NCBI RefSeq assembly: GCF_006345805.1
Contig: NC_043003.1
Coordinates: 59,582,001 to 59,646,000 of the forward strand
Origin: Octopus sinensis
Taxonomy: Eukaryota
Reading direction: 5' to 3'
Length of the DNA stretch: 64,000 bases
The notes under the pieces are model-generated. The model made no database searches and was not told the DNA's origin. It was given only the letters and a program-made list of their open reading frames with translations. The first letter of the stretch is position 1. The number at the start of each line of letters is the position of its first letter. A program made the position numbers and the translations under genes. This document shows, in pieces, positions 1 to 12,857 of this stretch.

Positions 1-156
1 GAGCAGGCGACGTTTACTTTTAGGGAGGTCGTTTTATATTTAAATTTTGACAGAATTTGGTGATATCTGAACGTGTTGGTTGACATTAGTTCTTTACTCT
101 GTCACCACAACTTTCTCCCACTCTTTCTTCCTGTTTCTGTTGTACCAGTATTTCTA

Positions 157-325
157 AGGGCTAGCCTTGTCACAATCTGTGTCAGGCTGAATCTCCCTGT
201 GAACTACGTTAACGGTACACAATGTCTGTGGAGTGCTCAGCCACTTGCACATTAATTTCACGAGCAGGTTGTTCCGTTGAACGCATCAACTGGAACCCTC
301 GTCGTCGTAAACGACGGAGTGCCGC
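157..325 (+). mobile_element. SINE-like repeat body (local family C)
   Basis: Segment gtggagtgctcagccacttgcacattaatttcacgagc...ggaaccctcgtcgtcg recurs in degenerate form at about 16340-16420 downstream of a tRNA-like head; ends at a (TA)n tract. Confidence 0.5.
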
Positions 326-338
326 TATATATACATAC

Positions 339-379
<41 letters not shown>

Positions 380-1026
380 TCATACATACATACACGCAAA
401 CATATATATATATATATATGTATATATATATTAATTAGGTAATAATAATATATAATATTTAAAGGGATAATTGCTTAAGATTGAGATGAACAAAAATAAT
501 ACATATTTACTTCTAGCTGGTTCTCATATCTTTTCTACTGTAATGCGTAATTATTTTACATACCGGTTAAGCTGTAATATGTAATTATAATCATTATATG
601 CTACATACTTTATTTTATTCCATAAATTGGATTTTCGAGAGCGTGTCAAAATTTGATGATGAAACTGTATAACGATAAAGTTTGACAATTAAAAACATCT
701 TGAAAAATAGTATATCAATTTTAATAATATAAGAATGACATCAGTGATAATGACTGAGGCGTTTCACCCCTCAAGGCCTTGTGTTTTTCTCTTTGCAATT
801 AAACCCACCAGATTTATAGTAAATAAAAGGATTTAAATCATACATAAAAGAGTTTGAGAACCTAGCAATGTAAACTGATAGAAGAAACTTTGCTGAATAT
901 ATGTAAATAAATAATTAAATAGATAAAATATTTAAATGTTTCTATGCAGAATAAAACTGCACAACATTTATAGAAGAGTTTTTCTAAGCATATTCGTAAT
1001 CTTTACTATTATAAGTTATCTCCTTC

Positions 1027-1027
1027 G

Positions 1028-1062
<35 letters not shown>

Positions 1063-1073
1063 TTATATATATA

Positions 1074-1152
<79 letters not shown>
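1027..1152. repeat. (TA)n microsatellite (representative of dozens in the window)
   Basis: Direct reading; source of the IYIYIY ORFs. Confidence 0.95.
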
Positions 1153-1158
<6 letters not shown>

Positions 1159-1284
1159 TTGTAAAGTATATATTATACAACCCGTATACAACTGATATAA
1201 TACTTTGTGCCGCTTCGAGGTGTAATGTGACGTCGTTGTATAATGTTGCTCTGTTGCTGTGCTGCCACAGTAGCTATTACTAAT

Positions 1285-1316
1285 GCCACCACCACCACCA
1301 CCACCACCACCACCAT

Positions 1317-1400
<84 letters not shown>
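1285..1400. repeat. Compound (CAC)n-(TAC)n-(AAT)n microsatellite
   Basis: Direct reading; immediately precedes the 557-bp element copy. Confidence 0.95.
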
Positions 1401-1401
<1 letters not shown>

Positions 1402-1957
1402 TGCCCTGATGCTAAACCAGACTGTGGTTCTCATGTCTTTTGACTTTATTTAATTGCAAATATTATCATACATTTTATCTTGGTCTAAAAGATGGACTAC
1501 AACAAATATTCTACTCAATACCACAGAATTACTTGTCAGTTGTTTGACCTTAACCAGTTGAGCATGTCCCTGAGTAGCTGATGATATGTGCATCTCTGAT
1601 CACGAGCAGAAGTAGTGGGAGAGCATCATACCCGTGTGTTGAAAAGAATTCTTCGAGTATTGAATAATTCACCCCTAGAAACATGGGTGTTCCGTTCAAC
1701 ATACTTAAATAACCCTTATTCAGAAACCTTTTTAGCGAGATTGGCAACTCGACGCGAAGAAAATTATAACTGGGCCCCACCTGGGAGGTCATGCGCTGTT
1801 TATCTTGATACGAAGTTATTATGTCGCACACATAGGATTGTGAACCACGTACCTGTCTACCCTAAGCAGACGAGTAGTCATAATGGGTATATTCGGCTGC
1901 CTATATTTCTAGCCCAGCTCACTTTCATGGTATCTGCTACTCTCTCTCACTCTCTCA
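1402..1957 (+). mobile_element. ~557-bp ORF-less (AAT)n-associated interspersed element, diverged full-length copy
   Basis: Collinear with 62669-63225 from tgccctgatgc... to ...ctctcactc; flanked by (AAT)n and (AAC/AAT)n. Confidence 0.8.
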
Positions 1958-2040
1958 ATATTAACAACAACAACAACAACCACAACAACAACAACAACAA
2001 CAACAATAATAATAATAATAATAATGATAATAATAATAAT

Positions 2041-2179
2041 AGCTTTACAACACTAAGTACAAAACCAAATATATGGCACACTAGGCATAACACCAACATG
2101 AACTTCCAACTTGTCTCTTGATGTTTCTGGGTGAGACTTGGAGCCAATTTGTACAAATGTAAAGCAAAAGTCAAACATA

Positions 2180-2182
<3 letters not shown>
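2041..2182 (+). mobile_element. 3' UTR fragment of an R4/Dong-type LINE
   Basis: tacaaaaccaaatatat...ggcataacacc...ctgggtgagacttg matches the 3' UTR of the R4-type fragment at about 39325-39420; bounded by (AAT)n on both sides. Confidence 0.6.
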
Positions 2183-2259
<77 letters not shown>

Positions 2260-3243
2260 TAATAATAATAATAATAACAACAATAATAATGATAATAATA
2301 ATAATTCAAATGAAACCCACACAAATACTCCAAACACACTTCGAGATCTAAGACATTATAAGTGCCCTATTCCAGTTACATTTCTCTTGGAGAAAGATTG
2401 TTTAGCATCATTCGACCTCGTTTTCATACCACTATCAACCACATTACGTTGTGCATACTTAAAGATTTCTTTCCACCTTCAGCTTCCTCTCGAAGTTGTA
2501 TTTGGAGACGTCGACGAAAGCATGGTTGGTGTGTAGTGTTCAGGCATTACTGGTATGTGACATTATGTCAAACAGTTGCTGACATATGTTGAATGGATTC
2601 GGATATCGGCCCATCCGTCACCTTTACTTCTCTACCTTTGCCTTGTGGGTGGTGAAAGATTATGTGTGATAGATGATGGAAATACAAAAGCCAAATACTT
2701 TCCCGTATTGCTCAAACACTTCTCAAGTTTCAGTTGCAAAAAAAAAAAAGAAAAGAAAGAGGGAGATCAAAAGAAGGGATCCACTCCTTCCGAAGTTTGG
2801 AGATGGTGAGTTTTAAAGTAAATATTGCAGAATCTGCCAGTCTGTCCGAGAGCCACATTTAGTAGCGGACACCTAGTCTTGGTATTTAGTGTAGTCCTCA
2901 TCAGTGGTAGTGTGTGAATGCAATAGCAATTTGGAAGCACGGAGGCTTTGTGAGGGACAATCTGAAAGTAAAGGGTATTGAGACATAAATCTCACAAAGT
3001 TTCTTGGGTACTTTTGACTACGCAACAAGATTTGATTTCCAAAACGGACGACTTCAGATTTTGATGATCCAGGTCATATTTCAATAGAATTTTCGTCCGT
3101 TTAGCTGATAATTTTAAAGTACATTGTCTACAATCGATCGGTATGCGTTTGTCAGGAAGAAATTTCTAACCAGGCTTTTCAAATTTCTGCATTTCTTTCA
3201 AATATGTACAAGCCCAAAAAGGTTCAGCCGTTTGGCTAAGATA

Positions 3244-3630
3244 TCTCTCTCTATATAAACGGCAGTTTGTCTGTGTGTGTTTCTGTGTGTCTGTTTGGTT
3301 GTACCCTCACTCTGACCACGGCTTTCAACCGATTCTGATGAAACTTGACACACACATAGCCCAATGTCATAATTCAAAACTAACGCGGCGAAAATTTTGA
3401 AAAGTCCCCCCAGTTCTGAAAAAGATCGATAAATTTGACATGGGGTCGACAATCAGAAACACAAACCACAGATGGTCTAGGGGACGCAACTCGACCTTTT
3501 TAACTATCAAAAAAAAATTTACCATCATTTTTTTTCCCGTTTTTTTTGCTATTTTTTGGCTATAACTCTCTAAAAATGCTTTATAGTTATTTCCCTTACA
3601 AACCCGAGCAACGCCGGGCGATACTGCTAG
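3244..3630 (+). mobile_element. Non-autonomous Helitron-type element
   Basis: 5' A|TC (tctctctctatataaa), 3' GC-rich hairpin cccgagcaacgccggg (3603-3618) followed by CTAG|T at 3627-3631; no TSD. This is the canonical Helitron end pattern. Confidence 0.75.
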
Positions 3631-3911
3631 TAGGTTATATTACCCATATTTTGTAGTAAGCGAAACGTCCCAAACAAAAACTTCCAGATGTCTGAAGAAA
3701 GTTAGGCATACTTCTCCGACCGATGCATAGACCGTAATTAATTTGAATGTCTTTCTTCGCGCTATTCATGTCTAAGAACTCCCAACTTATCGACAAGTTT
3801 AAGGATATTGCCTATGTCTTTACATATGAAGATTTCACAGGCTGCCGGCTAAGCCCGGCTGACCACGTAATGAGATTACGTTTGTGTGCATGTGTATGCA
3901 TGTATGTATGC

Positions 3912-3949
<38 letters not shown>

Positions 3950-3965
3950 TGTGTGTGTGTGTGAG

Positions 3966-4271
3966 TGGAAGCACATGGCTTAGAGGTTAGAGGAGCGGAC
4001 TTGTGGTCGAGGGATCGCGGGTTCGAATCCCAGATAGGGTGATGTGTGTGTTTACGATCGAAACACCTAAGTTCCACGTGACTCTTGCAGAAAGTAACGG
4101 CGAATTTCTGCTCACTCTTTCACTACAACATTCTCTCGTCTTTCTTCCGGCATCTAATAGCTCACCTGCGACTGACCGGCGTTTCGTCCAGGTGAAGACC
4201 CTATACACCAATGAAACCGGAAAACCGGCCCTTATGAGCCAGGCATAGCTCGAGAAGGGACAAGCAACAAC
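3966..4271 (+). mobile_element. tRNA-derived SINE with V-SINE-like 3' body
   Basis: A-box tggcttagaggttag, B-box gggttcgaatccc; later gaccggcgtttcgtccagg...gaaaccgg...cttatgagcc resembles the V-domain type tail (from memory); ends in caacaac. Confidence 0.7.
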
Positions 4272-4816
4272 ATATATATGTGTGTGTATGCGCATGTGTG
4301 CGTGTGTGTGTAAGTGTCTGTGTGTATATATATATAATACATATAAATATACAATGACACACGCACACACACATATTGAGTACGAAAGTGGGGACAAGAA
4401 GAGGGACACAGCACTCAACAACAAACGAAGAATGTTATTTAACGTGAGATTTCATGAACACATGTCTGTGTACATGAGTGTGTGTGTGTTTGAATGCGTG
4501 AGTTTGTGTGTTGTGTGTGCGTGAGTTTGTGTGTGTGTGTGTGGGCTTACACTGAAAACAAAATTGAATTACTAAAACTTAATGCATAGCTCAAAAACGT
4601 AGAGCAGAAGCAGTTGTATGCAAACGTTAAGACCACAGATATATTCATCTACACATACACATGTATAACTATATATATGCATATATATGACTGTACATAT
4701 GCATATATGTACATCTGTGCATATAGAGCTATATAACATATATACATACATATATATATATGTATATATATACACACAAATATAGATGTATACGTATATG
4801 TATATGCATATATATG

Positions 4817-4900
<84 letters not shown>

Positions 4901-5999
4901 GTATGTATATCATTAGATGAAAATGCTCAATCAATCTATGGTGAATTATTTATCATGGTAGGTAGAAGCTTATGGCTAAATCAGACAGCGGCGAAGAAGC
5001 AAATGCTTTTGTAACCATCTAATGAATAGAACCAATTAGACTGCTACGAGATCGTAGAGCACAAAGTTCAAAGATATAGACCACGCGCAGCACCATACTC
5101 GCACACACACACACGCACGCACGCACACACGCACACACACACGCACACACACACACGCACACACACACGCACACAGAATCATACAGATACGCACAAACCA
5201 AACACAACAAAACAAAACAAAACATTAGAAGGGGTCATTAAACTCTTAAAGATCATTCCCTTCCCTTCTTTTTTTTTTTTACTTAATAGTCATAAATATG
5301 ACCATAGGACATTCAGAAATATATTGCTCCAATCCTAAATACTTGCTGTTTTTCTAATATTATTTTTGTTTTCCTTGCTCTCTGCGTAATAACAAATAAA
5401 TTAGAGTTCCTATTTCCGCTACCCTCTTTTAGTAAATATCGCAGGAAGTTTGAAATACTGTTCATCATTTAACAGATCGATACCGTCTCTCTCTTTGACG
5501 ACGAAGTTCTCTATTCTATCATGTATCTTGTGTGTGTATGTTTTGCTACTTTTCCCTTGCTTAACTTATCTGCTTTGCTTCAATTTCAAAATTGGACCTT
5601 TTCAAATATGCTACCGATACCACCATCCTTATCCAGTTTATTGAACTTATAGTTTAACAATTAAATACATTTTGATAATACAACGAAATATTTTATTTGC
5701 ATATAAATTTAAAATTGTATTTAAAACGTCATTTTTCATCCGTGCGCAATATTCGCTGTGTTTGCGCAAGAGACTGCGTTATATTATACACAACATACAA
5801 TTGGTTTACACCTGACAAAAACGAAGGGGAAACTGTACATCAGTATGGTTACTTACCAATATACATATATGCATGTCATTATGCGTTAGTAAGAGTATAT
5901 ATAAATCTATCTGTCTATCTATCTATCTATCTATCTACACACACACACGCACACACACACACACACACATGTATATATATATATATATATAATACATAC

Positions 6000-6030
<31 letters not shown>

Positions 6031-6347
6031 TAATACATATATATATATATATATGTGTGATTGTATGTATATATATATATATATATGCCTGTGTTTGTGT
6101 GTGCGTGTGCGTGTGTGCAGAAAGGTAGAGAGTAAGAATGTTCATGCCCACATAATTATGAATGCTCACATACACAGACATACAGATGTACGTGTGCTAT
6201 ATATGTTTTTGCGTGTGCGTACGTTTGTGTTAGCATTTATAAATGAGTGTAGATGTCTATGCACCTCTATACTCATGCGAGTGTGCATGCGTGTATAAAT
6301 TCGTATAATATACATACATACCGATGCTCATTTATAAACACATTTGT

Positions 6348-6406
<59 letters not shown>

Positions 6407-6643
6407 GAAATAGAAAGATGAATAATCTTGTTGCAGATTAATCAAAAGTTTAACCGATACCTTGGTAGCAAAAATCACAGCAGAAGACAGCACGGTTGAA
6501 GAGAAAGACACAATATGTTGAAGAGAATGACACAATATGGTTTCCTTATCCAATCGGAATTTGGTAAATGGTGGCTTTCGAAACACGTGTAGAATGCAAT
6601 AAAACGATTATGTTCAATCTTCGTTCAACACCATTTCTTCAAT

Positions 6644-6706
<63 letters not shown>

Positions 6707-6815
6707 GATAGATAGATATAGATATATAGATATATGTATATATGTATTAATCAATATACGTATATATGTCTGCGTATATATCTATATATTATATATATAT
6801 ATTATATATATATAT

Positions 6816-6847
<32 letters not shown>

Positions 6848-6880
6848 GTGTGTGTGTGTGTATGTGTATATGTATGTATG

Positions 6881-6947
<67 letters not shown>

Positions 6948-7179
6948 ACAACAAATAGAAGCTGAGTTTAAAGAAAATAATGAAAATTATATATACTATC
7001 GAGTAACGATATTTAGCGTTTGAAACAGGAGAGATAGAAGTTTATGTTGCGTAACTCAATTTGAGGATATTTTAAAATGTCGCTGAAGCAATTTTATCTC
7101 TAATTTTCTAATTGAGAGTTTTCTTTTGGTAACTCTTGCTTGCAATCATTCCTTCAATCTGAAAATTTTGTCACTCTAC

Positions 7180-7267
7180 CCACGGGCACTGGTATGTGAC
7201 ATTGATTGATTCTGATCAAAGGTGATATATCCTCCAGCGATATATATTGCGTCCTTAATAACCTCCA
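7180..7267 (-). other. Candidate 88-nt exon with a Kelch-like peptide (EVIKDAIYIAGGYITFDQNQ...)
   Basis: Minus-strand tgtgtccag| acceptor and weak |gtagagt donor; the open frame contains IYIAGGY, like a Kelch repeat core. No partner exons found. Confidence 0.15.
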
Positions 7268-9029
7268 CTGGACACACCAATGAATAGAGACCAATCATGC
7301 ATATAGACTCGAACATGTAATAAGTAAATATATAAATAAAATAATATATATAAATGAATAAAATAATAATAAATATAAAATGGAAAGTTAAGGTTTTGAA
7401 CACTCCAGAATGACAAAGAATACAATATGTTTTCTTGTACTTTTCTTTCTTTCTATCTTTTTTTTTGTATTTCCTTTGCCGTGGATTTGCAAGGAAAAAT
7501 AGATGTAATAATATTTTGCTTTTCTTTTTTAATATTTTTCCGACTTCGTGTTCATCGGTTTTATACAATGACGTGGTCGACCCGCGGCAATTTTAATATG
7601 AAAGACAGCTACAGAAAATGCGTATCTCATTCTTATTTGGTTTGTCCTCTAATCATTAATGTTCAGATACAGAATTTGATTAGTTTAATTCTACATTGCT
7701 TTATATAGGCTTTACATTTTATGTTGTTGTTCATTATTTTGTTTTTAAGTTTTTCGATGATGATGACGATGATGATGACGATGATGATGATGATGATAAT
7801 GATGATGATATATTTATTTTATGGAAGAATTTAGCAGATTTATCACATAAAGCAGAATAAATGTTTCGTTTTCGATGAAAGTCGAATGCTATCATTTTGC
7901 AAAACTTTATTTTACCTTAAAGTTGGATTTTAAAGTATATTAAAATTATTTTAATCTCTCTTGAGTAAAAGATCTGCAGGAAATGGTACTTTTAGTTCTT
8001 TGAGCGATGGATTAAGAGCGATGTTCTCCTGTTTCTTTATTACACGGAAACATTTCCAAAAGTCTGCAACTATAAAACATTGACTTGGTGATTTCTATTG
8101 CTGAGAGGAATTTAATTCATTTAAGGAGCTTATGTCATGTTTTAAATGGTAGAGAAATAGTAAAATATCTAATAGCTCTGATTTAATAAAGAGTCTAATA
8201 AATTTATGTTGATTAGAAGAAACAGAATTCTGAGAGCGAGGTATATCTTTTGCAGTGTGTTGTAGACGGCGGTGATGGCAAATATCTGTCGTCAAACATT
8301 AAGTTCTGTCAACTGGATACTTGCACAACGTTGCTAATTCCCATGGAACTTCAATAAAGATTAAAGTTTGACGAGTAGAAAACACTTACCTTATTTATAG
8401 TAATAGTAAACTGATTTAAAGCGAAAACAGAACCGATTTTACAAAAACAATATTCCCTTGGGGAAATGTTCAAAACGTAAGACATTAACAATTTAGATTT
8501 TATCACAATTTACTAAAAGAAAGAAGAGAGGTCCAAATGAAGTATTTACAGCTAAAACAGTAAAAGTATATTTTCTTTGCGGAGAAATTCATTATTGTAC
8601 ATATGAAAATTTGTGAGAATTTACTACGACTTGACCAATGATAATACGTGTATTGAATTTTAAATGTCATTTAGTTTATTCTGGAAAATATGTTCATATA
8701 TTTTGATGATTTATATAAACCGAAAGTATTATGATTATTTAAGAATTAACTCACGTTGTATTTTCACAAGTGTAGCTCTGAGTTGTATAGCTTTCAGAAA
8801 TATTGAAAGTATAGAATTATTTCCATTATTTAAGGTGGTATCAATAAAGTGAAGGCATAAATGAGAAAAGGTGCTGCTTGTAACATTTATAATGCTTCAT
8901 ATAGGGGTGAAAGTACCAATTTATTAAATGCAATTAATAAATGCTATTAGTAAAACAATTAAAACTTTGAAATAAAATGTGTAAATATATTTGTGAAACA
9001 TCGTTTAAAATGTATATTTCACTATGGAC

Positions 9030-9149
<120 letters not shown>

Positions 9150-9640
9150 GGCGGCGAGCTGGCAGAATCGTTAGCACGCCGTGCGAAACCTTTAGTAGTA
9201 TTTCGTCTGTCGCTACGTTCTGAGTTCAAATTCCGCCGAGGTCGAGTTTGCCTTTTATCCTTTTGGGGTCGATTAAATAAGTGCCAGTTACGCACTGGAG
9301 TCAATTTAATCGACTTAATCCGTTTGTCTGTCCTTGTTTGTCCCCTCTGTGTTTAACCCCTTGTGGGCAGTAAAGAAATAGATATTTTTAGCACGCCAGG
9401 CGAAATGCTTAGCGATATTTCGTCTGCCGTTACGTTCTGAGTTCAAATTACGCCGAGATCGACTTTGCCTTTCATCCTTTCGAGGTTGATAAATTAAGTA
9501 CCAGTTACGCACTGGGGTCGATGTAATCGACTTAATCCGTTTGTCCTCTCTGTGTTTAGCCCTTTGTGGGTAGTAAAGAAATAGGTATTTCGTCTGCCAT
9601 AACGTTCTGAGTTCATATTCTACCGAGGCTGGCTTTTCTT
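9150..9640 (+). mobile_element. tRNA-derived SINE family A, head-to-tail multimer (2 units plus a partial third)
   Basis: ggcggcgagctggcagaatcgttagc head and B-box-like gagttcaaattcc; the body repeats from about 9388 and 9585. Resembles octopus tRNA-SINEs (exact family not determined). Confidence 0.85.
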
Positions 9641-9641
9641 C

Positions 9642-9821
9642 TGATCAGAGACGCATGTATCGTCATCCACTAACAGACATGCTCAACTGAAGGTCAAGCA
9701 ACTGACAAGAAAATCTGGTATTGCTGTATCCCATCTTTTACACCAAGACAAACCATACATGTTATCACTTCTAATAAGCTCACAAGCCATGAGATCTACC
9801 TACTGGTATTGCACCAGAGCG
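9642..9821 (-). mobile_element. 557-bp element, 5' part only
   Basis: Reverse complement aligns to about the first 200 nt of 62669-63225, with small deletions. Confidence 0.65.
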
Positions 9822-9822
9822 T

Positions 9823-9838
9823 TTCTTCTCTTCTTCTT

Positions 9839-9869
<31 letters not shown>

Positions 9870-10292
9870 TTCTTCGTCTTATTCTTCTTCTTCTTCTTCT
9901 CTCTCTTCTCTTCTTCTTCTTCTTCATTCTCTTCTTTCTTCCTCCTCCTCGTCCTCCTCTCTAGGCTTCTTCTTCTTCTCTTCTAGTCTTCTTCTCTCCT
10001 CCTCCTGTCTCCCTCCTTCTCTCTTCTTCTTCTTCTTCTCTTCTTATCTCCTTTCTTCTTTCTTATCCTTCTTCTTCTTCTTCTCATCATCATCATAATC
10101 ATCAACATCATCATCATCATCATCATATTATCATTATTATTATTATTATTTTCCTTCTTCTTCTTCTTCTTCTTCTTCTTCTCCTTCTTCTTCTTCTCCT
10201 CCTCTTCTTCTTCTTCTCATCATCATCATCATCATCATCATCATCAACATCATCATCATCATCATCATTATTATCATTATTATTATTATTAT
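9823..10292. repeat. Compound (CTT)n/(CCT)n/(CAT)n/(ATT)n pyrimidine-rich tract
   Basis: Direct reading; the CTT>CAT>ATT gradient occurs twice (about 10040-10150 and 10155-10292). Confidence 0.9.
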
Positions 10293-11638
10293 TTTTCCTT
10301 CTTCAAATTTTCTTCCATTTCTCGCCGAGTGTTTTCCGTACACCTAGGGCAGAGAAGCTCATTGTCTGCATTCCCAGATCACACACGCAAATTCACAGGT
10401 AAAATATGTATTTAAAAAATTAATAAATAGATAAATTCATGAATGAATGTTGTTGTCACTGCGATAATGCTCTTCTCAGTACATTAGCAATTCCAATTAA
10501 CACGATTGTTTGCCCTTCCTGTAGGGATGGTAAGCCTGCTATCATTTTCAAATAGGTTTCAGTACCTTTTTATCATTCCTAGAGATCCTACAATCACTGG
10601 TACTGTAGTCGCCTTGAGATGCCACATTTTTCAATTTCTATTAGCAAGTCTTTATATTTACTAATCTTGTCAAATTCTTTCGCCACTATATTGTGATCGC
10701 AAAGAATATTAATGTCAATTAATAAACGCATCCTTTTTGTCTGATCTTTTATGATAATATCCCGTTTATTAGCTTTTATAGTTTTGTACGGGGAAGTCCC
10801 ATAGAACCGACACATTTTCTCCCCCAGACTCAGCTTCAGGACGGTGCTTGTACCATATGTCAGCGGTTTTGATTTTATAATACCGACATATTGTCCAGTG
10901 TAAATACTGGCCAACTCTGTCATGCCTTGCTTTATATTCTGCAGGTGCTAAGACTCTACACCCTGAGATTAGGTGGTCTATTGTTTCAATCTCATCGTTA
11001 CAGAATGAGCATTTGGGGTCAGCTCCATTTTTTATCACATTGGTTTGGTAGTTAATAGGCATTGGTCTTGAGCAGCTAATATGAAACCTTCACTCTCCGC
11101 GTTTAGCCCTGAGCTTTGTAACCATTGGTGCGTGTGTTTCTGGTCGACATCAGCTTGTTTGCTACGGCCAAATACTTGCCATGCAGAGGTTTCTGTTCCC
11201 ATCTGCTAGCTAATTTTTCATACGCTTTTGTCTTTACAATCAATTTTATTTTCTTTGCAGCAGCAGTTGGCACATTTCCTACAGCCTGATCAATCTCGTA
11301 GGTATCTAAGGGATCAGTAGCGAATTTTTTGCTCTCTTTCAGAATAGAGTGAAGTTTTTTTCGGTCTTTCATGTTTTTCAACAAGTTGGTTGCTTCAAGG
11401 TATTTGGCCAGTCCGATTGTGGTGGTTTTGTACGTAAGTTCAAGCTAGATCAAACCTCGTCCTCCCTGAGCTCTGGGAAGGTAAAAACGATCCACGTCTG
11501 CCTTTCGATGGTGCATCTTATTACAAGTCAGTAGCTTGCGGATGTTTTTGTCAATTTTCATTATTTCACTGGTATTCCAGTTAAGCCCATTCAAGCTATA
11601 AAGAACAACTGGTACTGCTAAGGAATTATCAGTATCAT
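10293..11638 (-). pseudogene. R4/Dong-clade non-LTR retrotransposon, 3' part (thumb, CCHC knuckle, RLE endonuclease, 3' UTR), frameshifted
   Basis: ORF pieces CSFCNDEIETIDHLISGC...EYKARHDRVGQYLHWTIC and ...LLIDINILCDHNIVAKEFDKISKYKDLLIEI are a CCHC plus RLE (KxxKY) signature; flanked by (ATT)n tracts. Confidence 0.9.
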
Positions 11639-11655
11639 TATATTATATTATTATG

Positions 11656-11695
<40 letters not shown>

Positions 11696-11731
11696 TATAT
11701 TATTATCATTATATTATTATTATTATTATTA

Positions 11732-11766
<35 letters not shown>

Positions 11767-11785
11767 TATATTATTATTATTATGA

Positions 11786-12189
11786 TTGAGTGAGTGCCAT
11801 CAAAGTGACACTGGGGTAAAATATACGAAGCCCAGTATACTCATCATGGCTACTCGTCTGATAAGGGTACACTAGGCACATGCATCACAACCATATGTGC
11901 ACGACATGGGTGATCTCATACCAAGATAAACAGCACATGTCCTTGCAGATGTGGCCCAGTTAGAATTTTTGTCCAGTCGAGTAGCTCATCGAGATGTACA
12001 TATCGTCAGCCACTAAAGGACATGCTAAACTAGTTATGGTCAAACAGCTGACAAGCAAATTCGTGGTATTGAGCAGAATATTTGCCGTAGCCCATCTTTT
12101 ATACCAAGACAAAACAACGTATATGATAACACTTGTAATCAGTTAAGATCAGTAGCCATGAGAGCCACTGCCTGGTACTGCATCAGGGC

Positions 12190-12191
<2 letters not shown>
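11786..12191 (-). mobile_element. 557-bp element, both ends intact, ~150-bp internal deletion
   Basis: Reverse complement begins aatgccctgatgcagtaccaggc and ends cactcactcaa; (ATT)n on both sides. Confidence 0.8.
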
Positions 12192-12247
<56 letters not shown>

Positions 12248-12324
12248 TATTATTATATTATTATTATTATTATTATTATTATTATCATCATTATTATTAT
12301 CATTATTATTATTATTATTGTTGC

Positions 12325-12396
<72 letters not shown>

Positions 12397-12590
12397 CATT
12401 ATTGCAGTACTGACTTCTGGAGCTTTGTCAAACAGCTGCTGACGCGTGTAGGACGGATTCGGTTATCAGCCTTACTGAATTTGTATTGCTTAATTGTATT
12501 GTTAATTTTTATTTATTATATAACTGACATTAATACAAACTTCACTTGTACTCTGTGTTCGGCACTTGTGGCCAATAAAGAAATGGTTCT

Positions 12591-12830
12591 TCTCGTCACA
12601 GAGAGGAACTAACTAGATTTTGGGATCGATCCGGTACTGGACAAGAATTCTAGATTATTTACCTGCTTTTTTTACTTAATTTTTTAGAGCAGTTAAGTTA
12701 CTTTTTAGTTTTCTCGTTTGTGAGAGCAGTCGAGTTTATTTATGATGTTCTCATTTTAAAATTCATCTCTGGCTTATCGTTGAGAGGACGTTGGTGTTGC
12801 CTTGGCGGAGGTTTGCACTCCCTGAGTGCT
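12591..12830 (+). mobile_element. HINE/DINE-1-like (Helentron-associated) non-autonomous element, 5'-truncated
   Basis: Homologous to 14995-15234; 3' subTIR cttggcggaggt followed by the short hairpin gcactc-cct-gagtgc. Confidence 0.65.
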
Positions 12831-12857
12831 ATTGCTATTACTATTATTATTATTATT

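Noticed and set aside
2576-2812. Plus-strand ORF ending at a good donor (G|gtgagt at about 2805)
   Set aside because: No clear acceptor, poly-A/lysine filler and no partner exon or recognisable peptide.
2549-7203. Shared 16-mer actggtatgtgacatt at about 2549 and 7188
   Set aside because: No flanking similarity; treated as chance.
8250-8355. Plus-strand acceptor followed by CVVDGGDGKYLSS (vaguely Kelch-like)
   Set aside because: Opposite strand to the other Kelch-like peptide, ends in a stop and lacks the conserved GG/Y/W spacing.
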